A stretch of 64,000 nucleotides of DNA from Mytilus trossulus (lineage: Eukaryota). A program made the translations under genes and the position numbers. The notes under the pieces are model-generated. The model was not told where the DNA came from. It saw nothing but the letters and a program-made list of their open reading frames with translations, and made no database searches. Location of the stretch: NCBI RefSeq assembly GCF_036588685.1, contig NC_086382.1, forward strand, positions 44,578,001 to 44,642,000. The letters run 5' to 3'. This document shows positions 1 to 13,791 of this stretch, piece by piece; the first letter of the stretch is position 1, and every line of letters begins with the position of its first letter.

Positions 1-1670
1 ATGGCATTGTAAGTTTATTTTCGATCTATGAGTATGACTGTCCTTCTGGTATCGCTCGCCCCTCTTTCAAAAAACAAGCACGGTGACCTATATATTGTTT
101 TTGCTCTTTGGATTCCTTTATTAATTCCCTATCTATATGAACTAGTGTTTTGAAAAGTTAATTACTTTGAAACTGAGAAGCAAACTCCCTTAAAAAAAAA
201 TAAAAAAAATAAAAAAAAAGGAATTTAGTTTTTTGTACTGACAATGACTGACAGCAACAGTGCAAACATTAGAAATTTCATATAAAAATGCAACATGATG
301 CAAATATATCCCAGCTCAATTTCACATGTATGTTCAACGAAAGAGTAAGCTATTATCTGCTGAATGCACCCATCATAAAATGCTGATTCTTGGTGACAAG
401 GCATGTTGCTTTATATCTTATTTATTTTCTTTTGTTGGATTATTCATAAACAGGCCTAGAAGTAAGTTCAATTATAATAGTTTTATTTTTCTAATTTCTG
501 GGTCTTTTATAACAACTATGTGAAATGTATTTTGCTTGTTGTTAGCTTCTACGACATTTGGTCTCTGGTGGAGATTTGACTTATTGGCATTGATATATTA
601 CATCTTCATTTTTTTCTATATGAAAGAAGAAGAACAAAGGATTCCGGTAAATGCAATATGTATCAAATAAATGGTTTTGTACAAAATGTATATCGCATAT
701 CGAGAGAGAAACCAAAGATCTTATATTGCCATATGAAACAATGTTGTGACATGCCTTAGGGACAGCAATATATTCATAACGTTGAAGGTAGTTTTTGCCT
801 AAGATATTGACCGTTTGGTTTTAATGTACTATACTTTGTATCAACGAGCTCCCTACTCTAACCTATATCACAAAAGCACGTCTCTCTCTCTCCGCAGTTG
901 TTCCCACTGAAAGTTATTACAAATTTAAATTTGATTGTGAATTCACAATTGAATTATCAAAATAGAATTGCATGAAAAAGTGTTGATTTCATTTTTTACC
1001 TTATTACTTTTCTCACTAACACAATGCTTTTAAGTTGCAGAATTCACAATTGAAAAACGGTATGTGCATAATTTTTTTTAAAAGTGACACAACGAATTGT
1101 CTTTACAGTGATCACAGACAATAACAGGATTGCTATGTTTCAATTTTTCTATTGTTTTTATATACTGTGAATGGATTGCATGACCACACCAGTTTTCATC
1201 GGACATTGTTAGTGTTCAATTGTATTGACTTTTTGAGAAAAAAAAAGGATGTGGTATTATTGATTAAAGTGTTTTTTCATGTTTGTTTGGTCATCACAGC
1301 GGTATGCTGAACCATTATAGATATAAAACCAGAAACACTTCGCAGTTGTGTACAATAATACAGTGCATGCAAAATGATGCAAACAAAATATGCCAACACA
1401 GTTAAATGTATTTCCATACATAGTTTACTTCGCTTTAAGTATTGGCTTTTGATAAGATGTGTCATTATACGACTGGTATCTTTAATGATTGATAATATAT
1501 TTCATAAACTGGTCGTATTCATCGGTAGATCTTTTTTGGCAATTTGGACGGGTTTTTTTTGTAAAGCAATCGCTTTTGTTAGTTTGGTCTGTACATGTAA
1601 AAAAAAACTAGTTCGATGATGATCTAACTTTATTTCATTTTCACTTGAATATTTCTTTCTTCGTGTTCTT

Positions 1671-4600
1671 TTACACACCTGTAAAAAATAAGAAATATGT
1701 CAAAATGGTTTTTCCACTAATCTAACTTTTTACATAGTGAACATCTGTTTCCTTTACTTTCTCTACTTTCAAGTTCAATTTCCGTATACCATAAATACTT
1801 TTCAGTATATCCGTTATACACAAAACGATCACCAATCATTGAATTTCTTTCTTTTTTCACCTCAATGTAATGTTATGTAATATTGACCAAACAAGAAAAA
1901 TTTCGATCTTAGTATTTGTCTTGTCATAGGATGATAACATATATCAAAACAAAAAGCGGGAAAAATTCAGATTTATGAAAATTTAAACGCTCAAGACTCA
2001 TAATTCCGTGAGATTAATCTAACCGATCGAATATCAAAATCAATAATCATTCATAAAGACCGAATATTTATTTTAAAAAACCCAGGAAATATAAATTTAG
2101 ATATTCAAAGATGAAAGGTAAAAATAAAAAACAAACGTAATCACTTATTTTTGCAAAATTTAACGGTTCTTATTTTGCTTCACGAGATGCGTATTTCAAT
2201 TAACAAAATCTGTTTAGTGACGTTCGGGACCAAACACATAATACAAAACATTCATGAGATTATCTAAAGTGAAAGACCAACAGTTACATTAATATTCATA
2301 TACATGTAAGTCCAGGGATTGAGATGGATTAAAACGTAATATTATATCATACTATTTTTAATAATTTGATATGTAAGTACAATATTAAGAGTCCAATTTA
2401 AAAGATGCATGTAGTGAAGATAAATCATTGACGTTTAATTATGACATAATAATAACCTCAATTGGTTGTTCATCGAAAACATTTTTTTATATTTTGGGAT
2501 CGCGCTTACATGTGTAACCCCGCCATATTCAGTATGTATGTGCATTTCCCAAGTCAGGAGCCTGTTTTTCAGTTGTTGTTGTTTGTTTATGTGTTACATA
2601 CTTGTTTTTCGTTCATTTTTTTTAAAATAAATTTGGCTAGTAATTTTTTCGTTTGAATTGTTTTACATTGTCATTTCGGGGCCTTCTACAGCTGACTAGT
2701 TGAAGGCCGTACGGCATGTACGGTGACCTATAGTTGTTAATTTCAGTGTTATTTTGTCTCTTGTGGAGAGTTGTTGCATTGTCAATCAAACCACATCTTC
2801 TTTTTTTATATACAGTCCATGAAAGTTTTGTATATAAAAAATTCAAGACGCTAGCGAATTCACAAACGACGAATCGTCTTTCAACGTTTTTTAGAAAAAT
2901 TGGTGTGCCATAAATTTAGGCAACAATACTTTACCAATATTCAAATCTCGAAAATCGACCAAAAGGAGCAGAACAGAGTTTGTCGACAGGGAAGCCTCTC
3001 CTGCTACGCATGCATCATCTGCCATGCGAAACAAGGGAATATTATATTTCTGCACTTTTATTTAAAGAACTACGACAACGAAAAAATGTCACTGTGAATT
3101 GAAACACCAACATATCGGATTGGTCAACCAATGTGTGATCAATAACTGGATCAAATATAAGAAAGGTAAATGTTGCACTTACATTTATCGGTTTCACAAA
3201 TATACTTCTGTGGTTGTTTGCAGTTTTGGTTTCTCCAACCGTCTTCATGACCCCAGAGGCCGACACATTTAGGACTATTATCTACAAAGATTTGTACGTG
3301 TTGCTGTATATTTTTTGGCCTAATATTGTGTTACTGAACCCTGTTTTGTATATATATATAGAGGGTTACTGCTCATAAGGAAGCTATTAGCTGAAGAATT
3401 CTAAGTGGTAAAGTTGAAATAAATCCTACATAAATTTTACGGACGGCATCACGAGTTGGTTGACCGTTATCGAATATTTGTTTCACAGATGAGAACTGAT
3501 ATTTTCCATTTGTCATCAATAAAATTCTGTACTTACCCTCCCAGAGCACATGCGATCACCTAGAGTTTAGTGTAGGGTTCGTGTGACTCAGTCTTTAGTT
3601 TTCTATGCAGTGTTTTATGTACTGTTGTTTGTCTGTTGTTATGGTTTTTGGTCTTTTTTAGCCATGCCGTTGTCAGTTTATTTTCGACTTAAGAATTCAA
3701 ATGTCTCATTGGCATCTTTCGCAAACTATTTTGAATGATGTTATACGACCTCAACAATGATGTCGTTAGTGGTTGTATGTTAAAAAATAGTTCCCTGAAA
3801 CTGACAAGTTATCCTCTTACAACTGCTCATTTATTGACAGAAAACCATTTTTTTTGGCAAGTGCCCAAAATAGTTATTTGGTGGAATAGACAATAAGACA
3901 TGTACTATAATTGCAAATTACTATTTTTTCACCTACATAAAGTTGGTACAATTCATAACTTGAGGTAATTAAAAAAAAATGCCTGAAAAAGACTATATGG
4001 TCCAGTATATAAAAGTCGGTATCTAGAAGCCACATAGGGGGGTCTCGGTGGCCGAGTGGTCTACATAGTTAAAGTACTGATTACCAGCAAGAGTTAAAAT
4101 CACGCACGTGGCATGTGTAATCGACTCCAATCTTAATCGACTAGTATTATCAGTTTTTCTTCAGAACGTTCACTCCGGCAGCTCCAGCTTCCTCCACTAT
4201 TTAATCTGACCGTAAATCAGCACTATAGCGTAACACCAATCAATCAATCAATCAATTGATAGAAACCAAAATAGTTTCCAACACTTTCCATTCCCTACAT
4301 ACAATGTAATTAAAAACCGTTTAGTTTTAGAAACAGTGGCATTGACCTTTGACTTGGTGATTCAAAAATCAATCGACTACTTCCCCTATCCTATATATTC
4401 AATTTGTATAATAACATTGACGTTACCAATTTTACTACACTAGATGCACAGTTCGACGGTCAATGTCTCTTCAGTTGAGCTCAAGAGCTGGGAAAACAAA
4501 TAAGAATCCAAACTGAAACCAAACAGAATATGGAATCATAGGAGATACACGTACTCCTTTATTTTGAATAATTTCAAAATTGTACAACTGGACATTTAAA

Positions 4601-7600
4601 CAAATTGATTACGGTATCTTCATATACAAATGTAAATGATTAATTCAAGCCAGGCATCATCTGGAAACATTTTTTTCCCATCTTTTTTAATTCTTTTGTA
4701 ACAGTAACATTGACCTTTGAGATGTTAACCCAAAAATTATTACACTTTTTCTTCCTACCTCAATTTACATTTTATGTGTGTAAGTTATAAGTTCATCAAG
4801 CAGAAGAAACTCGACCGACGGGCAGTATATGTATTTCAGTCGCAGTATTATATGAAAACAAATCCTACATTTCATTGCAAAACAAAGAATTCTTTGTAAA
4901 ATGATACGATTTCAAGCAAAGAAAGTCATTACTGTATTAAAATAATCGTTTTATATTAATTAGATCTAACAAATTATTGTTCTTAAAGTATGTACATAAC
5001 GCTATAACCTGCTTATTGAAGTTGCAAGAATAACCAGGGCATGGGTTGTTGTTGTTTGAAACAAATATTTTATTTTCAACTTTAATTAAAAAAAATGTTT
5101 TTTATCATGGATTGTCATGTAGGACTGAAACCATTAGAATCCTTGTATTTGATCAAATGTTTTCTGATATAGATTAAGTCCATATAACTGTCCATTTCCG
5201 GGCCATTATGACACGCAGGCCTACCGGAACGATGTCCATTACTTGAGTATTTTCAAGGAATGGACAGTTATTTGGATTTTCGCTAACTTTAAATATACCT
5301 TAAATTTTAAAATGAATCTTCAGAGTTTCTATTTGGCAAGGAATCTCAACACCAATTTTTTATATGATTGAATTGTGTGTGCCTTTTTTACAGACCAGTA
5401 TCCTGAAACCCTGAAGCCCATACCGCATAGTCAGCTATAGAAGGCCCCAAAATTGACTCTTGTTTTTAATTATCCCAGAATTGGTAAAGTTTTCAATATA
5501 TGAAAATAAATTTAAATATCCAATGTTAAATTAAGGACATTTTGTGTTATATTGCACTTACTAGACTTCTTAGGCCATCCTGTTCTAAACTGGATGTATT
5601 CTGCATTCTTTTTTTCATGAGCCCAGGTCCACTTATATGGGTCTTCTGCATATAAACCAGTCCAGAAATTACCAGCTTAAGATAGAATAGTGTGTATATA
5701 GAAACCTTATAATTATATCATGTATTTTATTTAAGGTAGTACGCATAGGACTTTACTATTAATTAAAATCGACTGTTAAACAATTAGTCAACAAAGGTGA
5801 ACTGTTCATCAAAACATCAGTAATAAATTTACAGGAGAAATTAGTTATTCAAAGGAAAACCTATACTGCATTTAATTTTTCATTCCACTAAAAGCCAACA
5901 ATAATAATGAAGCCTTCAACAAAATACTATTTATCAAGTAAATATTATTATACATAAGTGATAGTGATTGTGTTAGTAGAATAATATGTTTCAGCGGGTT
6001 TCAAAAGTAATATGCTAAGGCAGCAACCATTTGATTTTCTGGGGGGTAGGGGCTATGGTTTTTTTTGGAAAAAAAGTTTGTTTCCAGGTGTTGGTGAAAA
6101 AAATAATTTGTTTTGGACCCTGAGAAAAAAATTTGTTTGTTTCACCCTCAGCTGCCACTATATGTAATGCTAACATTGAAAGAAAAAAATGTTTTCGGTT
6201 TGTCACTAAAAAAATAGATTGTTCTTCGCCGAAGGCAAAAAAAAAAGTTTGAACAGAAAAAAAAACCATAGTCCCCCCCCCCCTCCAGAAAATCAAATGG
6301 TTGCTGCCTAAGCATTTAGTTGTGAGTAATGGTGTCATCTTTTTCATATGACTTAGGTAAAGGTACGACTGGGGTTTGGGAACACTTTTGAGGTTTTTGT
6401 TTGTGCCTGTTCACACTGATGCTCATATACATACAATAATATACTTTTGTCTTTCGTGTTTATAGGTGTTTCTATTTTGCACAAGTGGACAACACGTAAA
6501 GCTAGTTTGCTTTTTTTTTATGATTATGATGCTAGAATGTGTTCTTTTGATAAAATCTGTTCTTTTACTCTACTGATAGTGAACAGAATTATTATTATTG
6601 CAATTAGTACTTTAAATGAATTGGCACGAAAGTACATATAATACATTGAATAAATATGAAGACAAGAGTACAAAAGAATTGAAATGAGCTTTAGAGTTTA
6701 GTGGCATATTTTGTGTTGGTTTGTTTTTACTTTCATATACAAATGTATACTGTAGCTAGCCAAATTAAAATGCCTATCAATTATCATTTTTTCTTCTATC
6801 TCTGTCATTAACAGTCATTGAGTAGTTTCTGTCATAGACTTAAAAAAACATCTTGGTGTTTTAGAAACTGGTAATTACATACTTTTTTTCGCGGCACGCT
6901 TCATCACCCACGTGTTTTCCTTTGCATTGTCGATTTTAACTAAATAACCACATATTTCCTGACATCTTTTCTGTAAAATATATAGTTATATATTTGTTAT
7001 TGATATAGATTTCAACAGTACATTTTCTTGATACTTGATATTAAGAGCCCATTGAAATTCCCAAAAATCATTCTAATGATTCAAAGCGTTAAACTGATCT
7101 TAAAGGTGTAGAATGACGATATGATTAATTGCATCATCAATATCAAAAGCATCATTTTTTTCTTCTGCAAATGGATTATAAATATCTAATACAGTTGAAT
7201 ATTGAAATAAAGGTTGAATTACAAATAAATATTATATATAATTCCGATGGACGATGGACGAATCTATCGTAGAGTTGTCACTGATTCAGACGTGTTACTT
7301 ATAGATATAATTATTTCTGTGACTGTATCTTGCATTTATTTGTAGGTTCCTTTACAAAAGATAATTCAACTTATCTGTAACAATACCATCTTCATGCCTT
7401 ATATATCATGACTGTATACGACGCTAGATTAAAACTGACGAGGAAAGGTAACACCCGTTAACCGAAAGCTTTATCATTGTGAAGGTGATCGAGTGGTTTA
7501 GCGCGTCGGATAGAGTGCAGGCGATTTGGTGTCACGATATCTCAGTAGCCTGAGTTCGAATCCCTGCCAGGAAAGAACAAAAACAAATTGCGAAAGCAAA

Positions 7601-9154
7601 TTTACAGATCATACATTGTTTGGCTGATGTATAAACGAGTTGTATATATATATTTTAGCCTAAATAAATGTTGTCTATTTCGGTATAGCATAATATATAT
7701 GTTAAAGTAACCTATATTACCTGCATGCTTTTGAAATTACATACTCAAGTACGAACGTTCATAAAATGATGATGAATATACAAATGCATATGATTTTGAA
7801 TTAATCTAAAGGTCAGCAAAAAATAAGTGCTCCGTTCTTTTGCATGTATCGAGTATGGAAACACTGGAAAACACAGATGTGGACAAAAATACTTTGATAT
7901 ACCTCAATAAACTAGGATCAACCCTTAAAAGTTTGATATATTTTTACAAACCTTGGCCCCTTGCCACATTAACAAATCTTTAGAGAAAATATAGCAATGT
8001 CCATTATGTTTTTGTTCATCTGACCATTTTCTTTCTGAAAATATGAATATTTTGAAAATCATTTACAAATAAGTTGATTTTTTTTTTTAGAATATTGGAT
8101 GTTATGTTTCATTTCATTATAAGAATAGAAATAAACCATTTTCAAGATGTCACGATTATGAAGTCCTACACCGGCAAAATAGTGGATAGAATGTTTTATC
8201 TGACCATAAGTTAATTGCATCTTATTGAATAGTAATAATTGTATGTTTATGCAGTCTACTGGTTCATCGGAATTCGACGTTTTGATAATTAACTAAAATA
8301 AGATACGTTCATTTACAAATGTAACATAGCTTGTTTGAAATTGAGTCCGTCGAGGTTACACATCATTAAATCTTAATTCACTGTAGCGTCCATGAAAAGT
8401 AAAACCATTCCCTAGTGCAATAGTAGGAGGTCCAGGAGATATTGAGGAAAGGGATATACTAAAATACTGATGTCTAATACCTGTATCGGTATCTTGGTGC
8501 TCGGAGTAAGTTACTAGTAATATTCACTTTTGGGAATTTTTGTATTATCCTTAATGCCATTGAGCTGTAATATTTAAGTTTATAACTGCTTGTTCAAGTA
8601 TATGTATCTTCATAACTACATTCATTCATTTGTGCAGGAGTTTTGCGCTACGTTGAAGACCCATTAGTGGCCTTCGGCTGTTGTCTGCTCTATGGTCGGG
8701 TTGTTGTCTCTTTGACACATTTTCCATTTCACTTCTCAATTGTATTGTTCGAAAACAAGTAGTATAAGAGCAAAATGCTTGAAAACATGCTGATCACTTT
8801 CATTATATTCCTTGCTTTTTTAAGCCATTTTTATATTCGAAACATATTATCATCCTACAAAGGGAAAAATATAACTGACTTATTGTAAACACATTTGTTA
8901 AACTTACCGTAGAATATTTTATTCACTTCTTTAAACTGTTTCTCCAACTGTTCGATAGAGCGCCGAATTGTTACGATTGGTTCTTTCGTTGAGTATGGTC
9001 CATAGCATTTTCCAAGGAATTTTTCTATATTCTGTAACGGTTCTCTTGCAGTTTCATACTCTTTTAGTGCCGAAAGGGAAATACACGAAGAAGACGCCAA
9101 CACATACGAAACACACACCAGAGTACACACACTAAAGACGATCATTCTTATCAT
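1671..9154 (-). CDS. Secreted C-type lectin domain protein (perlucin-like), ~212 aa, 6 coding exons
   Basis: Exons (minus) 9154-8908, 8034-7952, 6970-6883, 5675-5562, 3281-3183, 1678-1671; all GT-AG with matching phases, total 639 nt. Translation: signal peptide MIRMIVFSVCTLVCVSYVLA, coiled-coil IVTIRRSIEQLEKQFKEV, then CTLD HCYIFS..W..AK-KRC...GYLVKIDNAKENTWV...FWTGL...W.W...C...W....C....YICE. The last 8-nt exon is the least certain. Confidence 0.85.
2500..2810 (+). repeat. High-copy dispersed repeat (…gctgactat…gttgaaggccgtacggtgacctata…ccacatcttcttttttata)
   Basis: Further copies at 28030-28360, 28830-29180, 41960-42150, 47630-47765, 48700-49000, 51690-51835 and 32290-32400 (-). Confidence 0.75.
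3183..3281 (-). CDS. C-type lectin exon 5 (NNSPKCVGLWGHEDGWRNQNCKQPQKYICETDK)
   Basis: tttgtag acceptor, gtaagt donor, CTLD C-terminal C...W....C......ICE motif. Confidence 0.85.
3360..3720 (+). mobile_element. 3' fragment / terminal repeat of the same Penelope-like family
   Basis: Continues the RT 3' sequence seen at ~26910-26955 and shares the gtcagttta..ttcga..tttgactgt tail with 9410-9760, 27000-27140, 1-65 and 57150-57360 (-). Confidence 0.55.
4038..4258 (+). mobile_element. tRNA-derived SINE
   Basis: A-box TGGCCGAGTGG, (CAAT)n tail, degenerate TSD tagaa(g/a)cca. Confidence 0.7.
5562..5675 (-). CDS. C-type lectin exon 4 (TGNFWTGLYAEDPYKWTWAHEKKNAEYIQFRTGWPKKS)
   Basis: WIGL-type motif FWTGL, W.W motif, gtaagt donor; acceptor is aag. 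Confidence 0.85.
6019..6308. mobile_element. PIF/Harbinger-type MITE
   Basis: TIR GGCAGCAACCATTTGATTTTCTGG, TAA target duplication on both sides, 290 bp, no ORF of substance. Confidence 0.8.
6883..6970 (-). CDS. C-type lectin exon 3 (KRCQEICGYLVKIDNAKENTWVMKRAAKK)
   Basis: ttttacag acceptor, gtatgt donor, CTLD C...G.LV.I....EN motif. Confidence 0.85.
7255..7652 (+). mobile_element. Copy of the tRNA-box (TA)n-associated repeat in a lectin intron
   Basis: Collinear with 35652-36050. Confidence 0.7.
7952..8034 (-). CDS. C-type lectin exon 2 (ERKWSDEQKHNGHCYIFSKDLLMWQGAK)
   Basis: ttttcag acceptor, AAG|gtttgt donor, CTLD N-terminal CY.F...W..A motif. Confidence 0.85.
8908..9154 (-). CDS. C-type lectin exon 1 (signal peptide + coiled coil)
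   Basis: Acceptor tttacag before 9164, ATG 9154, donor G|gtaagt; overlaps ORF 8855..9187. Confidence 0.85.
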
Positions 9155-10729
9155 TCTAAAGATTCTGTAAAGTAATGGTTTTGTCATTTAGTTAATTGTT
9201 TGTATTTGATCATTATTATTTATGAATACATCGCTGTTTAAAAGTGATGAAGGGAGAAGTCATTGTGACCAAACATGCATGATCATTGATATGGTCATTA
9301 TATAAAGATGAACTGTTTACAAAAACAAGTAAAATAGCAAAAACACCGAAATTCTAATGAAAAATCAAAACAGAAAGTCCTTTAACAAATATTTATATTT
9401 CCTCTAAATAAGAGACGAAAGATACCAGAGGGATAGTCATATTTACAGATGATATCAGATATGTTCCCAATGTCGTAACTACAATACCCTTCCCTTTTTT
9501 CACAAATGTGACCTACCGAATTAGACTATTTACCGGATTTGTAACAACATAAGCAACACGACTGGTACCACATGTGCAGCAGGATTTGCCGACCCTTCCG
9601 AACCACCTGAGATCATTCCCAGTTTTTGGTGGGGTTCGTGTTTCTTAGTCTTTAGTTTTCTATGTTTTGTCTTCTGTACTATTATGTGTCTGTGTTTGTC
9701 TGTTTATTATTTTCAATCTATGAGTTTGACTGTCCCTCTGGTATTGTTCGTCCCTCTTTTCTGCTCGGACACTGGCAATGTTTTATAAAGTCTGAAAAAG
9801 CAGTTGCAAGCTCTTGAATTCGATTGGGTGTGGAAATGTACATCCCATTTGCTGGTGAAGTTGGTATAAGGTGGGGCAAATTACAAAAAAATAAGATTCT
9901 ATTTGTATTTTTTTTAATACTAAGGTTTTTCTACCCCAGGGATAAACTCAAGTACATGTAGCTGTTTTTGGAAAACCCTTTCGAAATATTTGGTCATTGA
10001 TGCTCTACAACTTCGGACTTTATTAGCCAAACGCGACTGAAGAGTTTTTGTTTAGGTAAAAGCGTGTCTGGTGTACACCATTTTAATCTTAGTATCTATG
10101 ACCAGTTCATTTTCACTTTCAAGTGAAAAAGAGAACTGAAAGAACTCAATGGCTCGTTTGCAGTTTAACGAGCATTACCATTATTATTCTTGTAAAGACA
10201 AGCATACAAGCATACATATAAGATAAGGAATCCATACGTGAAATGTAGTAATTGAAGTTAGTGTAGGTAAATTAAAACAATGATAAGCCATGGATCAGTT
10301 TCAACGAAAGAAAAGAAGAGGTATTCAATTCTTATAGAACAAGAAATATAAGTTTATTTGATAGGTTTTCTATACAATTACAGATACATAGTACATTATT
10401 ATTTATTGCATAACATTAGAAAATATATAGTGAACATTGAAAGATATACAATTTGCTTATTACATAAAGTTTTATAAAGATTTATATCTTATAAATCCGG
10501 CCCTTGTACATAATCAAGATATTCTACTTGAAAGTTGAAATATGTGTACTATAGTGTCAAGAATTCTATCAACTACTTCATCATGTGGTTAAAACGTGAC
10601 AAAATTGTTTTTTTTTGTTTTTAAAAAAATGTGTTCATTTACTCTCTATATATATACTCTCCAATTCATCATACATTATAAGAACTAATTATGATAAACA
10701 AATGTTTCATTAACAAGAGCAAGATATAA

Positions 10730-12900
10730 TAGAATATTATTAAGACGGGGATATTAATCTAAAGGGAGTTTTAAATGCCCACACTAATGATAATGATTCT
10801 GACTATCTCACAAACGAAGTTGATGATAATCTAGATGATTTTCCATTTCTACCTATTAATCATATAGCAGGAAAAGTGTTTAAAATTTTCCAAATCTCCA
10901 ACAGGTATGGGAAACAAATTTTATCTTGTATTTCATCTCAACCAAGAATTTTAAATGGAAGAACTTAAGAGATTTGAAAGGAAAGAGTTAATTACATGGA
11001 ATTTCTATTGATGGTTATTGTATCTGTAGTTCAAGGTTGTATCATGAATCTGATAGTTGATAAATTTAAACCAACAGTATCAGTACGTTGTCCAATGACA
11101 GTAAATATGTTATCCCAAATATATCAGCAACAAGAAAGCATACTTATAGAACATAACAAGGACTTATGAACGCGAAAGAGTTATAACCAATTATAACTGA
11201 ATTGGATAGTCTCTCAGAAATGAATTCTATTCAGAAAATTTTGGTATCTTGTATAGAACAGAAAATTAGTACACCAGTGTCAAATATGTCAACGTTTTGG
11301 TTATAACGCAGCCGTCCTTGTATTTAAAAGAAACTGCAGAAGAGCGAGTTGAAAGAGTAAATGTAGAAAAGTAAAATAACCCTTTTATGGCAATGAATTG
11401 AAGCACACTTCAGAGCTTTCAAGCATCAAGCCAGAAAACTATATAATAACCCTGAAATAAAGCACTAAGATTACAAGTACTGTCCAAAAATAAGGCATTT
11501 CAAATGCTATGATAAAAAAAATATAGACAATTTGGAAACAAAATGCTGACTTAGCTCTTAGAATCAAATAATTCTACAGGTGAATTTTGGAAAACTATCA
11601 ACACTTTTAAAAAGAAAGAAATCAATGACCCAAGTTCGAATATATAAGCTAAAGAAGGGTTTGAATATTTTAGAAATCTAATGAACACCTATCATAACAA
11701 AAATATGATGTAAATTCATGTATTGGTAAAGACATTTCAATATGATTAGTTATCAAAAGTACCAGGATTATAATTTAGTACTCCAGACGCGCGTTTCGTC
11801 TACATTAGACTCTTCAGAGAGTTAAGTATTTTTGTGATTTTACTTTTTTCATATCAAAATATTTATAAAGCCAAACGGGTAAAAAATTTACGAGCATTGA
11901 GGATCTAAAATCCCAAAATATTGTGCCAAATAGGGAGAAGGTAATCTATTCCTAGGATAAAAAAAATACTTAGTTTTTTCAAAAAAATTTAAGTTTTGTT
12001 AACATGAAATTTATAAAGTGGAGAGACACGTTTAATAATCTATATTTAAAGGGGGATGTTCAATTGACCCTTCACACTGCAGAGGTATAGCCCTTTCTAG
12101 TTGTTTTGTTAAAACAAATTCTAGAGTTCTATTTTTAATCGTTCAGAAAAATACTTGCCATCAACTAAATAGGATTCAAAAAAAGGATGTAGAACAAGCC
12201 ACCATATTTTAACATTAAAAACTAATTGATAGAGATTTTAAATCTTCCAAAAAAATATATGTCGGGTTCATTGACTTTAAAAAAAAAAGAAGCTTTTGAC
12301 ACTATAAACAGATAAGTCCTTCTCCACAAACTTTTCACATGTTGCATAATAGGATTTTTTTGTGAAATTTTATAAGACAGGATTTAAAATGTCCCATTTG
12401 CAGTTAAAATTCCTGATAGTATTACTGAAAAGTTTCATATTATAGTTGAAGTAAAACAAAAGTTTATCTAAAGCTCTTTTTTTTTATATATATATATATA
12501 AATGACTTAACCTCCTTTTTTGATAGTACGCGTGACCCTGTTACTTTATACGACATAAATGTATCCTTTTTTAATTATTTGGTGATGATTAAGTAGTAAT
12601 ATCAGAATCAGTAGATGGATTGCATAATTGTTTTAACAAGTTAAAAGTCAACTGTGAGAAATGGAACTTAACAATAAATATTGAAAAGACAAAGGCAGTG
12701 ATAATTAATAAACGTAGGGAACAAATTGCAAAAGAAGCCTTAGCAAAGAAGGTCCGGGAAAGTAACAATACATTTTGGAAAAATAGCCTTTTAATGATGA
12801 CAATTTAATGAATGGAAATAAGTTAAGAACTTAGAGAAAATTTAAAGTAGGAACTTGAAAAATATCTTTAAATAAATTTAGAAAAACATATTATTAAAAA
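10730..12900 (+). mobile_element. Highly degenerate non-LTR retrotransposon (CR1/L2-group-like EN+RT relic)
   Basis: Broken motifs G.FNAHT (~10765), FIDFKK-AFDTIN (~12270), YINDL (~12497), LFGDD (~12576), WNLTINIEKTK (ORF 12620..12808); interrupted by a hammerhead repeat at 11750-12015. Confidence 0.7.
11780..11821 (-). ncRNA. Degenerate type I hammerhead ribozyme
   Basis: CUGAAGA GUCU-AAUGU-AGAC GAAA CGCGCGUC UGGAGU; 5' stem I disrupted. Confidence 0.55.
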
Positions 12901-13791
12901 CTGTTGCTTGCAAATAAACGTCTTAGAAAAGTCGTCACTACTGCTGGCTCTCGTGTTTGATTGAAGGAGAATGCAATATGATTTGGGGACCATCTCAAAA
13001 ACTACAAATGCTAAATATTTTGTTACCTGTTTGGGATTGTTCGATACCGCTGAAATTAATGTTAAGCAATTGATTTTTTTTTAAAACGCAGGAGAAAATC
13101 AATTTTTATTTCAAGAACCAGAAAATGTTTATCAAATTCATTTTTAAAACATTTTCTTCTAACATTTTTTATAACAAATGGTGGGAGGGTGTGGTTTTTC
13201 TATCTACGAAAGCCATAAATGGACCCACGCAAAATAATCAACCCGTTTTCTCGAATTGGCAATCTGTGATCTGACACGACTAATCTTTGATAGATAATCT
13301 GTGATGATGGATTTGTAATCTGCGATCTCGGATTGACAATCTATTTAGTCATGACAATGGATTCACTTTTTTTATAAGATAGTAAAACTCGCATTTACTT
13401 AAAACTAGCTTCAAGTCATAAATAATTAAAAAATAATGCAAGGTCTCTATAAACATACGGAAGCCGTTGTTATTTGCTTTATGCTAGCTTTCAGTAACTG
13501 CGAGTTCTCTAATATTGGTAATTTGTGTTTTCTGACGATATGTTAGTTGTTTTTTCGGCAATATAATGAGTTGACACGTTACTAACTCATTTTTACAGTA
13601 AGTACTAATAAATGTTGTACTGTTAAAACTAACACCACTGTCCAAGGTTAAAAGGAGGGTTTCAGTGGCCATACAGGATATCAAATGTTTTATACCTTTG
13701 AAGATGACCACAGGTCGTATTGAATTCGTCCTCTATCCAACACGAGCGCCAACAGTAGTATCGACTTTTCTAACACGTCTAAATTAAACCA

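Noticed and set aside
3042-3266. 74-aa ORF
   Set aside because: Out-of-frame reading over lectin exon 5 and its intron
3860-3932. Alternative lectin exon (SEKIVICNYSTC...)
   Set aside because: Reaches a stop with no donor and lacks CTLD motifs; the exon at 3183-3281 completes the domain correctly
6015-6347. 110-aa ORF
   Set aside because: Spans a palindromic MITE with homopolymer runs
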